Origin: Alphaproteobacteria bacterium
GTDB taxonomy: Bacteria; Pseudomonadota; Alphaproteobacteria; MPNO01; UBA830
Assembly (NCBI GenBank): GCA_965243135.1
Contig: OZ251539.1
Coordinates: 1,952,001-2,016,000 of the forward strand
Reading direction: 5' to 3'
Length of the DNA: 64,000 nucleotides
Numbering within the stretch: position 1 is the first letter of the stretch; each line of letters starts with the position of its first letter. Below are positions 44,618 through 55,944 of the stretch, one piece after another. A model generated the notes under the pieces. The model saw only the letters and a list, made by a program, of their open reading frames with translations. It searched no databases and was not told where the DNA came from. Both the position numbers and the translations under genes were made by a program.

Positions 44618-45556
44618 CCCGCAACCCGAGTCCAGCCCCCTGATTCGCTCTGATGCGGGTTAGGGTCCGCACCAAACGGAAGGCGGGCAGCAGGACACAA
44701 ATCGGGGGCGCGATTGCGCTTCGCTGTCGTCGGCACCTTGCTGGCGGCGCTCCCAACCGCTGTCCCGTGGCGCAATCTTCCGCGCGGCGGCGCCGGGCGC
44801 GGCCGGCGGTTCGCCCTCTGCGGGGCGGACGAAGCGCCGGGCGCGGGCGTAAAGCCGAGGTAGCGGGAAGGCGTTCTCGGCCCTCGCCGGCGTCGGGTTC
44901 GCGGAGGACGGACCTGACGTTCGGGAGTCGGGAACAGGGGCGGTTCGAGAGACTGCGGAGCGGCGAATGGACCGGCGCTGCGGCGGCGGCGGAGACGGCG
45001 CGCGTCAAACCCTCGTTCCGGGCCGCGTTCGCCGCCCGCCGGCTGACCGTTCCCGGTTTCCGAACTCCCCAGCGCCGGCGAAGCCGGTCCGGACGTCGCG
45101 CCCGCGCGTCCCCAGGAGTTCGGGGCCTGCCGGGCGAGGCCCGCCGGCGCGGGGACTGCCTGCCGACGACCCACGCTCTGCCCCCCGCCTACGCTTTCCG
45201 CCCGGCCCTTCCGGCCAACCGCAACGGATTCCGGGCCCCGGCTACGTCCCCGCCGTCTTGGTCGCCCTCGACGAGGCCGGGCGCTTCTGCGACAGGCTCG
45301 ACGAACGCCTCGACCGCGCGGCATGGACGGAACTCGCCGGACGGCCCATGTTCGCCGGCAAGAGCCGGGCGCCCGCGCAAGCCCCCGGGGAGGAACCGCC
45401 GCGGAAACTGCCGGCTGCTTCTCGCGCGACGCAGACAGGCCTGCCGCCCAGGGCGAATTCAAGAATGGCCATTGCCAAGCGCTGCCCGCGAGGAGGAGGC
45501 GGCAGCGGCCTTTCGCGAAGGCGCCGCCTGCGTCCGAACGGGAACGGCGCCCGGCT

Positions 45557-47098
45557 TCAGACGGTCTCGAACTCGAACCCGACGATGTTGCGCTCCTCCC
45601 GGCCGAACTCCACCCCGATCAGGTGGACCGGCACGCCCGGACGCCGGTACTTGTCCGCGTAGCCGCGCTCCCGAATCTGCGCCAGCGCCCGCCCCTTTCC
45701 GTCCGCGACCTTGAACTCGAACAGGTAGACGTTGCCGTCGTACAGGACCGTAAGGTCCGAGCGGCCGCGCGCCGAGCTCTCCTCGGCGCGGACGTCCATC
45801 CCCGCCGCCACGAAGTGCGAGTAGAACACGCTCGCGTAGTGCGCTTCGTAGCCCGCCATGCCCGTGTTCGCGTACCACTCGTTCGGAATGCTCGCCAGGA
45901 ACGCCCGGAACAGATTTTCGAGGCCCGCGAAGTCGTTCGCCCGCATCAGGCGGCGCAACTCCCGGCTCTCCGCCGCGACCGTGACCTCCGGCGCCATCGC
46001 CTTCAGCAGAAGCGCGTTCAGGCTGCGCTTCACCTCCTGGTTCGGGTAGTCCAGCCGGTAGAGGCGCGTGTCCTCGTCCCGCTCCTCGTCGGCGATGGTC
46101 AGGTAGCCGGTCTGGAACAGCAACGCCTCGACGGGAATGCGATCGACGTCGATGGCCGACAGCAGGTCGTCGTCCGTGACCAGATCCTCCAGGGCCGGCG
46201 GCGCGAACCGGCGCCGCGACAGAAGGTCGGCGAGGAAGGTCGGCGTGCCGGTCCGGAACCAGTGCGCCTCGAACTGGCGGCACCGGAAAAGCAGCAGGAC
46301 ATCGTACGGGTTGTAGAGTTTCTCCGCGCCTCGCCAGTTGTAGCCGTTGTACCAGCGGCGGACCTCGTCCCGGTCCAGGCCGTCGAGTTCCGGGGCGAAG
46401 ACCGCGTCCAGGTCCGCGTCCGTGTAGCCGCAGATGGACGAGAACTCCGGCTCCAGCGTGATGTCGATCAGGTTGTTCAGGCCCGAGAACAGGCCCGCCT
46501 GCGAGAACTTGCTCACGCCGGTAAGGAAGGCGAACCGGATATGCGCGTCGCAGTCCTTGACGACGCTGTAGAAGCCGCGCAGGAAGTCGCGGTTGGCCAG
46601 CGCCCGTTCCCGGTCGCCGAGCGCGTCCAGAATCGGCTTGTCGTATTCGTCGACCAGAACGACCGTCCGCTGCCCTGCGCGCTCGTGCAGCGTCCTTATC
46701 AGGCGCCGGAAACGGACCGCCGCCCCGGCGGGGCCCGGTTCGAGGCCGGCCAGCCGTTCCGTTTCCTCCAACTGGTCTTCCACGTTTTCCCGAACGAGGT
46801 CCGGGGAGTCGAAATTGCCCCCGCCGAAGCTGATCCGCACGACAGGATGACGTATCGACCAGTCCCACTTGCCGTGCACGGCGAGGCCCCGGAACAGCTC
46901 CTCGCTTCCTTCGAACAACTCCTGCAGCGTGTCCACAAGCAGGGTCTTGCCGAACCGGCGCGGACGCGACAGAAAATAATATTGACCGCCCTCGACAAGG
47001 CGGCGCACATGGTCCGTCTTGTCGACGTAGTAGCAGTCCATCTCCCCCCGGATTTTCCGGAGGGAGGTCAAGCCGATCGGGAGCATGCGTTTCGCCAT
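45557..47098 (-). CDS. AAA-ATPase-like / PD-(D/E)XK nuclease protein, copy D
   Basis: 513-aa ORF; C-terminal type GFEFETV. Confidence 0.9.
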   Translation of the reverse strand: MAKRMLPIGLTSLRKIRGEMDCYYVDKTDHVRRLVEGGQYYFLSRPRRFGKTLLVDTLQELFEGSEELFRGLAVHGKWDWSIRHPVVRISFGGGNFDSPDLVRENVEDQLEETERLAGLEPGPAGAAVRFRRLIRTLHERAGQRTVVLVDEYDKPILDALGDRERALANRDFLRGFYSVVKDCDAHIRFAFLTGVSKFSQAGLFSGLNNLIDITLEPEFSSICGYTDADLDAVFAPELDGLDRDEVRRWYNGYNWRGAEKLYNPYDVLLLFRCRQFEAHWFRTGTPTFLADLLSRRRFAPPALEDLVTDDDLLSAIDVDRIPVEALLFQTGYLTIADEERDEDTRLYRLDYPNQEVKRSLNALLLKAMAPEVTVAAESRELRRLMRANDFAGLENLFRAFLASIPNEWYANTGMAGYEAHYASVFYSHFVAAGMDVRAEESSARGRSDLTVLYDGNVYLFEFKVADGKGRALAQIRERGYADKYRRPGVPVHLIGVEFGREERNIVGFEFETV

Positions 47099-47708
47099 TC
47101 GAAGAGGGTAGGCCGCCGCGCCGGAGCCGTCAAGGAGCCGGCGGTCGCAAGCAGGGCGAGGAACGGGGCGGTCATGGCCAAGCGCTGCCCGCGAGGCGGC
47201 AGCGGTGCGGGAAGCGGCAGCGTCGGGAGGTCAAGTGTAAGCGGTAACCGGCAGTTTCAGGTGCAAAGCCGCGCCTGAAAGGAAGGCGTTTCCGTTCCAC
47301 GCCTGGTCAGGCCGGAAAATGCCGCGTGCTTTCAAGCGGTTCCGCAGCACCATGTCGTGGCCCGTCAGCGTTCGCGTAAGCGTTCGCTACCCGGAGGACG
47401 AAAAAATTTCGTCCCGGGACCGGACACGGGATCCTTCGCCCCTTTTGCTGCGACCGACGGACGAGGGGCTTTGCCGCCGGCAACGGCCCGGCGGGACGAG
47501 GCGCGCCCGGAAGCGGAAACGTCGCGCGGAGGCAGGCCGGCAAGCGACGTTACGGAGAACGCAGCAGGCGCGCCGAGGCGGCGCGCAACGAGCCGCCTGA
47601 AGTCGGCCTCTTCGGCGAACGAGCGGGCCGCCCGCGGCGAAGCCGAGGGAGCGCATCGACGAACGCGGCAGTCGCTCGACTTCGATGTCTCGCCGACGGG
47701 GAAGGGCG

Positions 47709-48030
47709 TCAGGCGCCCTTCGTTCCCGCCCCGTCGTCCGTCGGCGTCGTCCGTCGGCGTCGTTCGTTCGGCGACGGTTTCCGGCGCGGCGGTCTGGCAG
47801 CGCCTTGAGCGCCGTTATGCTCTCCTCGTGGCGGCGTTCTTCGGCTTCGCGCTGCTGCTGCATGGCTGCGCGCTGCTGCTGCATGGCTGCGCTCTGCTGC
47901 TGCGTAGCCGCGCGCTGTTGTTGCCCGCGTTCGTCGCTGGCGCGGACGCCATACGCCGACGGCCGCGACAGCGGCCGCGAGCGCGTTGACGGAAGCGACG
48001 GCGAGATTAGCGATCACGAAGGCACTCATG
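47709..48030 (-). pseudogene. Small coiled-coil protein with 21-bp tandem repeats
   Basis: MSAFVIANLAVASVNAL..; QQQRAAM repeats; EAEERRHEESITALKAL. Confidence 0.5.
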
Positions 48031-48178
48031 AGCGTCCTTTCCGGAGACCGGAGACCCGCAGCGCCGGTCGTCAAGGGAGACGTTTGCGCGAGCCGTTTGC
48101 GCTGCGCCACTTTTTGTCGGCCTGCCGCCCGGACGACGCCCCGCAAGGGCCTCGCGGGTGCTCGGTCTTCAGAACAAA

Positions 48179-48413
48179 CTCTCATGATCGGCGCCTGCTC
48201 ACCCCGTAGCATGTAACTTTGGGTATGGTCCTCCCGGCCTCACGCCGCTATCATGTGCCGACATAACCGTTCCGCGTTCGGGCGTCGCGGCGTGAAGACA
48301 GGGCTATACGGGGCAGCCCTCAGCGTCGCGCTCCTCTCGAACGGCAAACGCCGCCGCGAAAAAATCTCGCGGAACGGTTTTGCGTGGCCTGCGGCTCGGG
48401 GTAGTTACACAAC
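48179..48413 (+). mobile_element. IS110-derived MITE copy 6
   Basis: AAA|CTCTCATGATC...GTTACACAAC|AAA. Confidence 0.85.
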
Positions 48414-48749
48414 AAAGGCGAGTGTTGCCGCACCGCAAACCCGGTGCAAGCCGGGCCGTGGCCTAGCAGGCGGTCAGGGGCGGCGCCCGGCCGGCCGTGG
48501 GGTGCTGTGAAAATCGCGGTCCCGGCGCGAAGAATTCGCAGTTTCCCGTACCCGAGGAAAAAATTCCGCACCCCGGAAAGCCGTCCGCATTTCAAGGCGT
48601 TGCGGACAGCGCACGCGGCTCACCCGTTGACAGGGCGAATTCAAGAATGGCGCGTTCATCGCCAAGCGCTGCCCGCGAAGAGAAGGCGGCAGCGGCCTTT
48701 CGCGAAGGCGCCGCCTGCCGAAAGGTACGAACGGGAACGGCTCCCGGCT

Positions 48750-50274
48750 TCAGACGGTCTCGAACCCGACGATGTTGCGCTCCTCCCGGCCGAACTCGAT
48801 CAGGTGGACCGGCACGCCCGGACGCCGGTGCTTGTCCGCGTAGCCGCGCTCCCGTATCTGCGCCAGCGCCCGGCCTTCCGGCCTCCCGTCCACGACCTTG
48901 AACTCGAACAGGTAGACGCCGCCGCCGTACAGGACCGCCAGATCCGAGCGGCCGCGCGCCGTGCTCTCCTCCGCGCGGACGTCCATCCCCGCCGCCACGA
49001 AGTGCGAGTAGAGCACGCTCGCGTAGTGCGCCCCGGCCAGGCCCGTGTTCGCGTACCACTCGTTCGGGATGCTCGCCAGCAACGCCCGGAACTGCCGCTC
49101 GAGGCCCGCGAAGTCGTTCGCGCGCATCAGGCGGCGCAGCTCCTGGCTCTCCGCCGCGACCGCGATGTCCGGCGCCATCGTCTGCAGCAGGAGCTCGTTC
49201 AGGCTCCGCCTCACCTCCTGGTTCGGGTAGTCCAGCCGGTAGAGGAGCGCGTCGTCGTCCCGCTTCTCGTCGACGATGGTCAGATAACCGGTCTGGAACA
49301 AAAGCGTCTCGACGGGAATGCGGTCGACGTCGAGGGCCGACAACAGCGCGGCGTTCGCGACCGCGCCCTCCAGGGCCGGCGCCGAGACCCGGCGCCGCGC
49401 CAGAAGGTCGGCGAGGAAGGTCGGCGTGCCGGTCTGGAACCAGTGCTCATCGAACTCGCGCGTTTCGAAGAGAAGGAGGATGTCGAACGGGTTGTAGACC
49501 CTCTCCGGCCCGCGCCAGTTGTAGCCGTTGTACCAGCGGCGGACCTTCTCCCGGTCCAGGCCCTCGAGCTCCGGGGCGAAGACGGCGTCCAGCTCGTCGT
49601 CCGTGTAGCCGCAGATGGCGCCGAAACGCGGGTCGAGGGTGATGTCGCGCAGGTTGTTCAGGCCCGAGAACAGGCCCGCATGCGAGAACTTGCTCACGCC
49701 GGTAAGGAAGGCGAACCGGACATGCGCGTCGCAGTCCTTGACGACGCTGTAGAAGCCGCGCAGGAAGTCGCGGTTGGCCAGCGCCAGTTCCCGGTCGCCG
49801 AGCGCGGACCGGCTTGTCGTATTCGTCCACCAGAACGACCGTCCGCTGCCCTGCGCGCTCGTGCAGCGTCCTTATCAGGCGCCGGAAACGGACCGCCGCC
49901 CCGGCGGGGCCCGGTTCGAGGCCGGCCAGCCGCTCCGTTTCCTCCAACTGGTCTTCCACGTTTTCCCGAATGTGGTCCGGGGAGTCGAAATTGCCCCCGC
50001 CGAAGCTGATCCGCACGACAGGATGACGTATCGACCAGTCCCACTTGCCGTGCACGGCGAGGCCCCGGAACAGCTCCTCGCTTCCCTCGAACAGCTTCTG
50101 CAGCGTGTCCACCAGCAGGGTCTTGCCGAACCGGCGCGGACGCGACAGAAAATAATATTGACCACCCTCGACAAGGCGGCGCACATGGTCCGTCTTGTCG
50201 ACGTAGTAGCAGTCCATCTCCCCCCGGATTTTCCGGAGGGAGGTCAAGCCGATCGGCAGCATGCGTTTCGTCAT
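48750..50274 (-). pseudogene. AAA-ATPase-like / PD-(D/E)XK protein, copy E, frameshifted
   Basis: Deletion after DEYDKP (~49805) splits the ORF; further small deletions near the C-terminus. Confidence 0.85.
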
Positions 50275-50870
50275 TCGAAGAGGGTAGGCCGCCGCGCCGG
50301 AGCCGTCAAGGAGCCGGCGGTCGCAAGCAGGGCGAGGAACGGGGCGGTCATGGCCAAGCGCTGCCCGCGAGGCGGCAGCGGTGCGGGAAGCGGCAGCGTC
50401 GAGAGGTCAAGTGTAAGCGGTAACCGGCAGTTTCAGGTGCAAAGCCGCGCCTGAAAGGAAGGCGTTTCCGTTTCACGCCTGGTCAGGCCGGAAAATGCCG
50501 CGTGCTTTCAAGCAGTTCCGCAGCACCATGTCGTGGTCCGGTAAGCGTTCGGTCGCGGGGTGACCTGCCTGTTCCGCCTCCAGGCGGGCTCACGCTGGTT
50601 GCATGTTTCCTCAGGCTTTCCGCCCATGGCCGAACCCTGGAGGTTCGACGGGTTCGCTTCGCTCGACCGGACGACGCTCCCGTTCGACGGAACCGCAGCC
50701 TGGAGTTCAGGCGTTTCGCCGCTTGCGGCGCGCGCCGCCCATGCTGCCGCCCCGAGGACGGAGCCTGGCGATGAACGCCGCCGCCCCGTTCTCGCCCTGG
50801 CGCAAACGTCTCTCTTGAGTTCGCATCGGCACCGCGGATACTTCCGGAACCTTCTCTGGCAAGGACGCTT

Positions 50871-51241
50871 ATGACCGCCTTCGAGATCGCCAACCTCGCC
50901 GTCGCTTCCGTCAACGCGCTCGCGGACGCCGTCGCGGCCGTCGGCGTATGGCCGCGATGGTCCGCGCCAGCGACGAACGCGGGCAGCAGCAGAGCGCAGC
51001 CATGCGGCAGCGGCGCGAAGCCGACGAACGCCGCCACGAGGAAGCGATGGAACGGCAGCGCGCGGCCATGCAGCAGCAGAGCGCAGCCATGCGGCAGCGG
51101 CGCGAAGCCGACGAACGCCGCCACGAGGAGAGCATGACGGCGCTCAAGGCGCTGATAGCCGGCCGCCGGACCGCCGTGCCGGAAACCGTTGCCGAACGAA
51201 CGACGCCGACGGACGACGGGGCGGGAACGAAGGGCGCCTGA
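50871..51241 (+). pseudogene. Small coiled-coil protein with a 78-bp internal duplication
   Basis: MTAFEIANLAVASVNAL.. then QQSAAMRQRREADERRHEE twice in another frame. Confidence 0.55.
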
Positions 51242-51289
51242 CGCCCTTCCCCGCCGGCGAGACCTCGAAGTCGAGCGACTGTCGCGGTC

Positions 51290-51860
51290 GCGCGGGGCGC
51301 AAGCCCCCGCGCCGGGCGCTGCACGGCTCGCGCCACGAGTGGGCGCCGGCAGTGAGCGTCACTATGGACGACGACGCCAGCGAACCGGCCTTCTTCGTCG
51401 CCGAGGAAGGCGCCATGTCGACTTTCCAGGCGTTTCGCGAGTTGGTCGGCGTGCGCGGGCTGTTCCGCTCGCTCTACCGCGGCAGCCACTGCTTCCGCAC
51501 GCCCGAGGCCGGCTCAGCTTCGGCAGGGGCAATTTCGTCGTCCCGGACGGGGTAACCGTGGAACGGCAGCTGGCGACGGCGGAGAGACACGCCGGCCTCG
51601 AACCCGTCGAGGCCCGTTTCGGGGAACTGATCAGGGGCTTCCATGCGTGCCGGCGCCCCGGCGGAAACGGTCGGTGCTTTCGTCGTTCTCTTCCCGACCG
51701 TCGGCGGCTTTCCCCTGTCCTCGGGAGGGTCAATTTCCGCATTGCTCGTTTCGAGGCCTGGTTCACTGCTCGTTCCGGCCCGCATGTTCGCTGAGCGGCC
51801 CTCGCCGCCCGTCTGCCAGAGTGCTTCAGCCTACGCCTCCGTAAACCGCTCTGGCTGACC
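51290..51860. other. Patchwork of remnants: IS1202-like transposase, AAA gene, group II intron domain I
   Basis: VTMDD..FFVAEEG; NFVVPDGVTVERQL; 51640-51860 matches 39810-40053. Confidence 0.7.
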
Positions 51861-54297
51861 GGAAAATCCCGCTAATGCCACTTCCGTCTCGACTGTTTCA
51901 CGAACGAAGCGGAGCTGCTTGTCGCAAACCTTGACCGTCCCGTACGGGCAGCGCAGGAAGTCTCGGTTGGCCAGCGCCAGTTCCCGGTCGCCGACCGCGT
52001 CCGGAATTGGCTTGTTCGTCCACCGGAACGACGACCTGTTGCCCGGTACGCTCGTGCGGCGTCAGGTGCCGGAAACGGATCGCCGCCGCGCTCGGTGCCG
52101 CCGCCCGTCATTCGAGGCTTTTGAGGTTTCGTTCCGCTTCTCGGGCCAGTTTCACGTTGCCTGCCTTTTGGGCAAGAGCAATGGCAACCTCGAAATCCTG
52201 CCGCGCCTGCCCTGTTCGGCCAAGGCCGCGATTTGCCGCCCCCCGGTTATTGTGGGCGTCCGCGTAATCCGGCATGAGCAGGATCGCTTGGTCGCAGTCC
52301 GCCAGCGCGTCATCATATTCATCGAGGCTGTTTCTCGACTCTGCGCGGTTGCTCCAGGCCTCGACGTAATCCGGACGCAGCCGAATTGCCGCGTCGTAAT
52401 CTTCGATCGCTTCCAAAAAACGGGCAAGATGGTGCTTTGCTGCGCCCCGGTTGTTGTAGGCGTCCGCGAAATCCGGTTTGATCCGAAGCGCCTTGTCGCA
52501 ATCCGCGATGACTTCCTCGTACCGTCCGAGGCGATGTTTTGCCGAACCACGGCAGCAGTAGGCCTCGGCGAGGTCTGGAGCCAAACGGATCGCTTCGTCA
52601 TAGTCGATGATCGCTGCTTCGTGCTGTCCGAGTTCCTTCTTGGCGAGGCCGCGGTTGACGTAAACTTCTGCATAACCCGATCTCAGACGGATCGCCTCGT
52701 TGTAGTCGGCGATCGCAGCTTCATGCCGGCCGAGTTCCTTTTTGGCGTTGCCCCGGCTGAAATAGGCTTCTGCATAACCCGGTTTCAGTTGGATCGCTTC
52801 GTCGTAGTCGGCGATCGCCTCTTCGTGCCGGCCGAGTTCGTTCTGGGCGACGCCGCGGCTTAAATAGGCTTCGGCAAGGCCCGGATTGAGCCGGATCGCC
52901 TCGTCGTAGTCGGCGACCGCGGCGTCGTGCTGTCCGAGTTCCTTCTTGGCGACGCCGCGGTTGACGTAAACTTCTGCATAACCCGGTTTCAGACGGATCG
53001 CTTCGTCGTAGTCGGTGATCGCCTCTTCGTGCCGGCCGAGATTTGCCTTAGCGTTGCCCCGGTTGAAATGGGCTTCGGCAAAGCCCGGTTTCAGACGGAT
53101 CGCTTCGTCGTAGTCGGCGATCGCAGCTTCGTGCCGGCCAAAGCCGTCTTTCGCAGTGCCTCGTCCATTGTAGGCATTGGCGAAACCCGGCCTCAGACGG
53201 ATCGCTTCGTCATGGTCCGCCACCGCGTCCTCGTTCCGGCCGAGCGCGGATTTCGCAAGGCCGCGATTGGCGTAGGCCTCGGCATAGTCCGGCTTCAGAC
53301 GGATCGCCTCGTCGTAGTCCGCCACCGCGTCCTCGTTCCGGCCGAGCGCGAATTTCGCAAGGCCGCGATTGAGGTGAGGCTCCTCACGGTCCGGAGCCAG
53401 CCGGACGGCCTCGTCGTAGTCCTTGATCGCCTCCTCGTGCCGGTCGATCCGCCTCTTGGCGTTGCCGCGGTTGTAAAACGCTTCCGTGAAGTCGGACCTC
53501 AGCCGGATCGCCGCGCCGTAGTCTGCTATCGCCTCGTCTATCCGGTCGAGCCCACGCTGTGCGAGGGCGCGAAAAAAATATGCTTCGGCGACGTTGGGCC
53601 GTGCTTGGATGAATTTTCCGTATGCCGCGACCGCACTGGAGTAGTCATCCTGCGAAAAGAACAAGCTCGCCTGATGAAAGAGGGCATCGGGATCTTGCTC
53701 CTCCATAGAACCGGGACGGTCGATCGGAGATCGTACGTTTTCTCCCTGCGCGAAGCCGTACAGATCCCGGAAAAGAGTCGTTCCGCTGACGTCCAAACGC
53801 TTCAACATCTCCCGCAATTCCTGTTTATGCTGCCGCTGGATCAGGATTTCGCGGATGGCGTCCTTGGGAACTGACGGCCGTCCAATTATGAATACGCTGC
53901 GCTGCACCAGAATCCTCTGCATCGCATCGCCGCTGAGCGTGGGTTCCCAATACAACAGCGCGGATTCGTCCTCTCCAGGAGAAAATATTTCCTCGATATC
54001 CAGTCCCTCGTCCGCCCGCAACGCGCGCCCGATATCGTCCGTATTCGTAAGCGTTCGGTCGTGGGGTGGCGACGTTGAGGCCTGCCTCCAGGCAGGGGCT
54101 TCAACCAGACGTCCTTGACCGGGAGGGCGCGTTCGTTTCGGGTACTGCCGCGGCCTACGCCGCCCCTCTGGTTGGCACCCGGCAACAGGTTTCTCGCGAA
54201 GTCCCGGAGAGTAAGCGTTCGGTTGCGAAGCGGGCTGTCGAGCCAGGCGAATCGCCCAGGCCTGGACACTCTTCTTTTGTTCTTGTATACGGCTGCC

Positions 54298-55944
54298 ATG
54301 GCGGTCGAATCTGCACGCACGCTTTCCGGGACCGAGCTGTCGGGCGACGGCCAAGCTCTGGCTGCGGCATGCCGAGCGAATGCGGCTCTCTGCCAGGCGC
54401 TGGAAAGCGCACTCGATAAAGCGGAGAAGTTTCGCCGCGACGCCGAGAGGTGGCAGGGAGCTTTCCACCGGGCGATGGCGCTGATTAGAATCCTGAAAAA
54501 GAGACGCGAGGCGCCGCCCCGAGAGACGGCAGAGAACGAGAGTCTGAAGTCCCGCAGCCGCAGGTTTGCCCGGGAGTTGTTCGGGCGCCGCAGCGAGCGG
54601 CAGCCTACGGCAACCGGTCGACGCCGGGGGCGCAGTCAGGGAACGCCGTCGCACGGCCGCACGCCGCACCCCGAGCTGCCCGTTCGCGAGGAGGAGTCGC
54701 TTCCGGACGAGCGCACGTGTCCGGACTGCGGCAAGGCCTGGGTCTCGAACGGTTGGAAGGACACGGATCTCATCGAGACCAGGACCGTCACCTATGTCCG
54801 GAGGATTCGACGGAAGCGGCTGCGCCCGACCTGTACCTGCCGACCGGAAAAGGAGGCCGTCGGCCCGGCTCCGGCGCGGCTGTTTCCGAACACTCGGTAC
54901 GGAGTTTCCGTCTGGGCGTACGTCCTGGCGGAGAGGTACGGCCTGCACCGTCCGTTGCGCTCGGTCTGCCGCGCGCTGGGTCAGCACGGGCTTGCCATTG
55001 CGCCCGGCACGTTGGCGGACGCTCAGCGGGGATTCCTGCGACTGTTCGAGCCGCTCGACGATGAGATCTCCCGGCGCCTGTCGGAGGCGCCGGTCGTTCA
55101 CGGCGACGAAACAGGGTGGTGGATACGGGAGTTGGGCGAAGAAGACGGCGGCAACGCTCGCGCCTGGGCATGGATCGCCCGGTCGGCGGACGCGGTTCGC
55201 ATCGTTATTCTGCCGTCGCGCAGCGCGGAAGCCGCCCTTGAACTGTTCAGGGGGCTCGGCTCGCCCGAACAGGCGGCTCACCTGGTCTGCGACCGCTACT
55301 CCGCCTACCGGAAGCTGGCGCGCGTCATGGAAGGGTGCATCGTCCTTTCATATTGTTGGGTCCATGCCAGACGGGACTTCATCAACCTTGAGACCGGCTA
55401 CCCGAACCTCGCGAAGTTCGCCCAAAAATGGCTTCGTCACATTGCGGCATTGTACCGACTCAACGCCAGGCGTCTGGCGTGTCCGGGCAACGCCGCCGCC
55501 CAGCGGCGGCTCGCGAGATTCGCCGGAGCGTTCTTCGCGGCGGCGAAAAAGGCACGGGACGCGCTTCCGGAGAGCGCGGCGCAACGCGGCCCTCTGGACT
55601 CCCTGCTACGCCACCGCGACGGCCTGACAGTGTTCGTCGACAACGCAGACGTTCCCATGGACAACAACCCCGCCGAACGCGGCCTGCGCGGCCTCGCGAT
55701 CGGCCGGAAGCTCTCGTTCGGGTCGCATAGCGTGGACGGAGCGCAGTTGGCGGGCATGCTCTATTCCATCTTCGGCACGCTCGAGATGGCCGGCGTCTCG
55801 CCGTACCGCTGGCTACTCGGTTATCTCGATGCCTGCGCCCGGCATCGCGGTCCGCCGCCCGAAGGCCCTGCTGCCTGGCTGCCGTGGGGCGCAGGCGAGG
55901 AGCGTCTCCGCTCCTGGCGTCCCGCTCTCCCCCAAGGACCGTGA
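54298..55944 (+). CDS. IS66 transposase (TnpC-like)
   Basis: LFGRRSER, CPDCG zinc finger, HGDETGW, CDRYSAY, CWVHARR, DNNPAERGLR. Confidence 0.9.
   Translation: MAVESARTLSGTELSGDGQALAAACRANAALCQALESALDKAEKFRRDAERWQGAFHRAMALIRILKKRREAPPRETAENESLKSRSRRFARELFGRRSERQPTATGRRRGRSQGTPSHGRTPHPELPVREEESLPDERTCPDCGKAWVSNGWKDTDLIETRTVTYVRRIRRKRLRPTCTCRPEKEAVGPAPARLFPNTRYGVSVWAYVLAERYGLHRPLRSVCRALGQHGLAIAPGTLADAQRGFLRLFEPLDDEISRRLSEAPVVHGDETGWWIRELGEEDGGNARAWAWIARSADAVRIVILPSRSAEAALELFRGLGSPEQAAHLVCDRYSAYRKLARVMEGCIVLSYCWVHARRDFINLETGYPNLAKFAQKWLRHIAALYRLNARRLACPGNAAAQRRLARFAGAFFAAAKKARDALPESAAQRGPLDSLLRHRDGLTVFVDNADVPMDNNPAERGLRGLAIGRKLSFGSHSVDGAQLAGMLYSIFGTLEMAGVSPYRWLLGYLDACARHRGPPPEGPAAWLPWGAGEERLRSWRPALPQGP

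Noticed and set aside
52108-55281. 1057-aa ORF as a single gene
   Set aside because: Its N-terminus is antisense IS66 sequence; the true N-terminus is the FRG part beyond 56840
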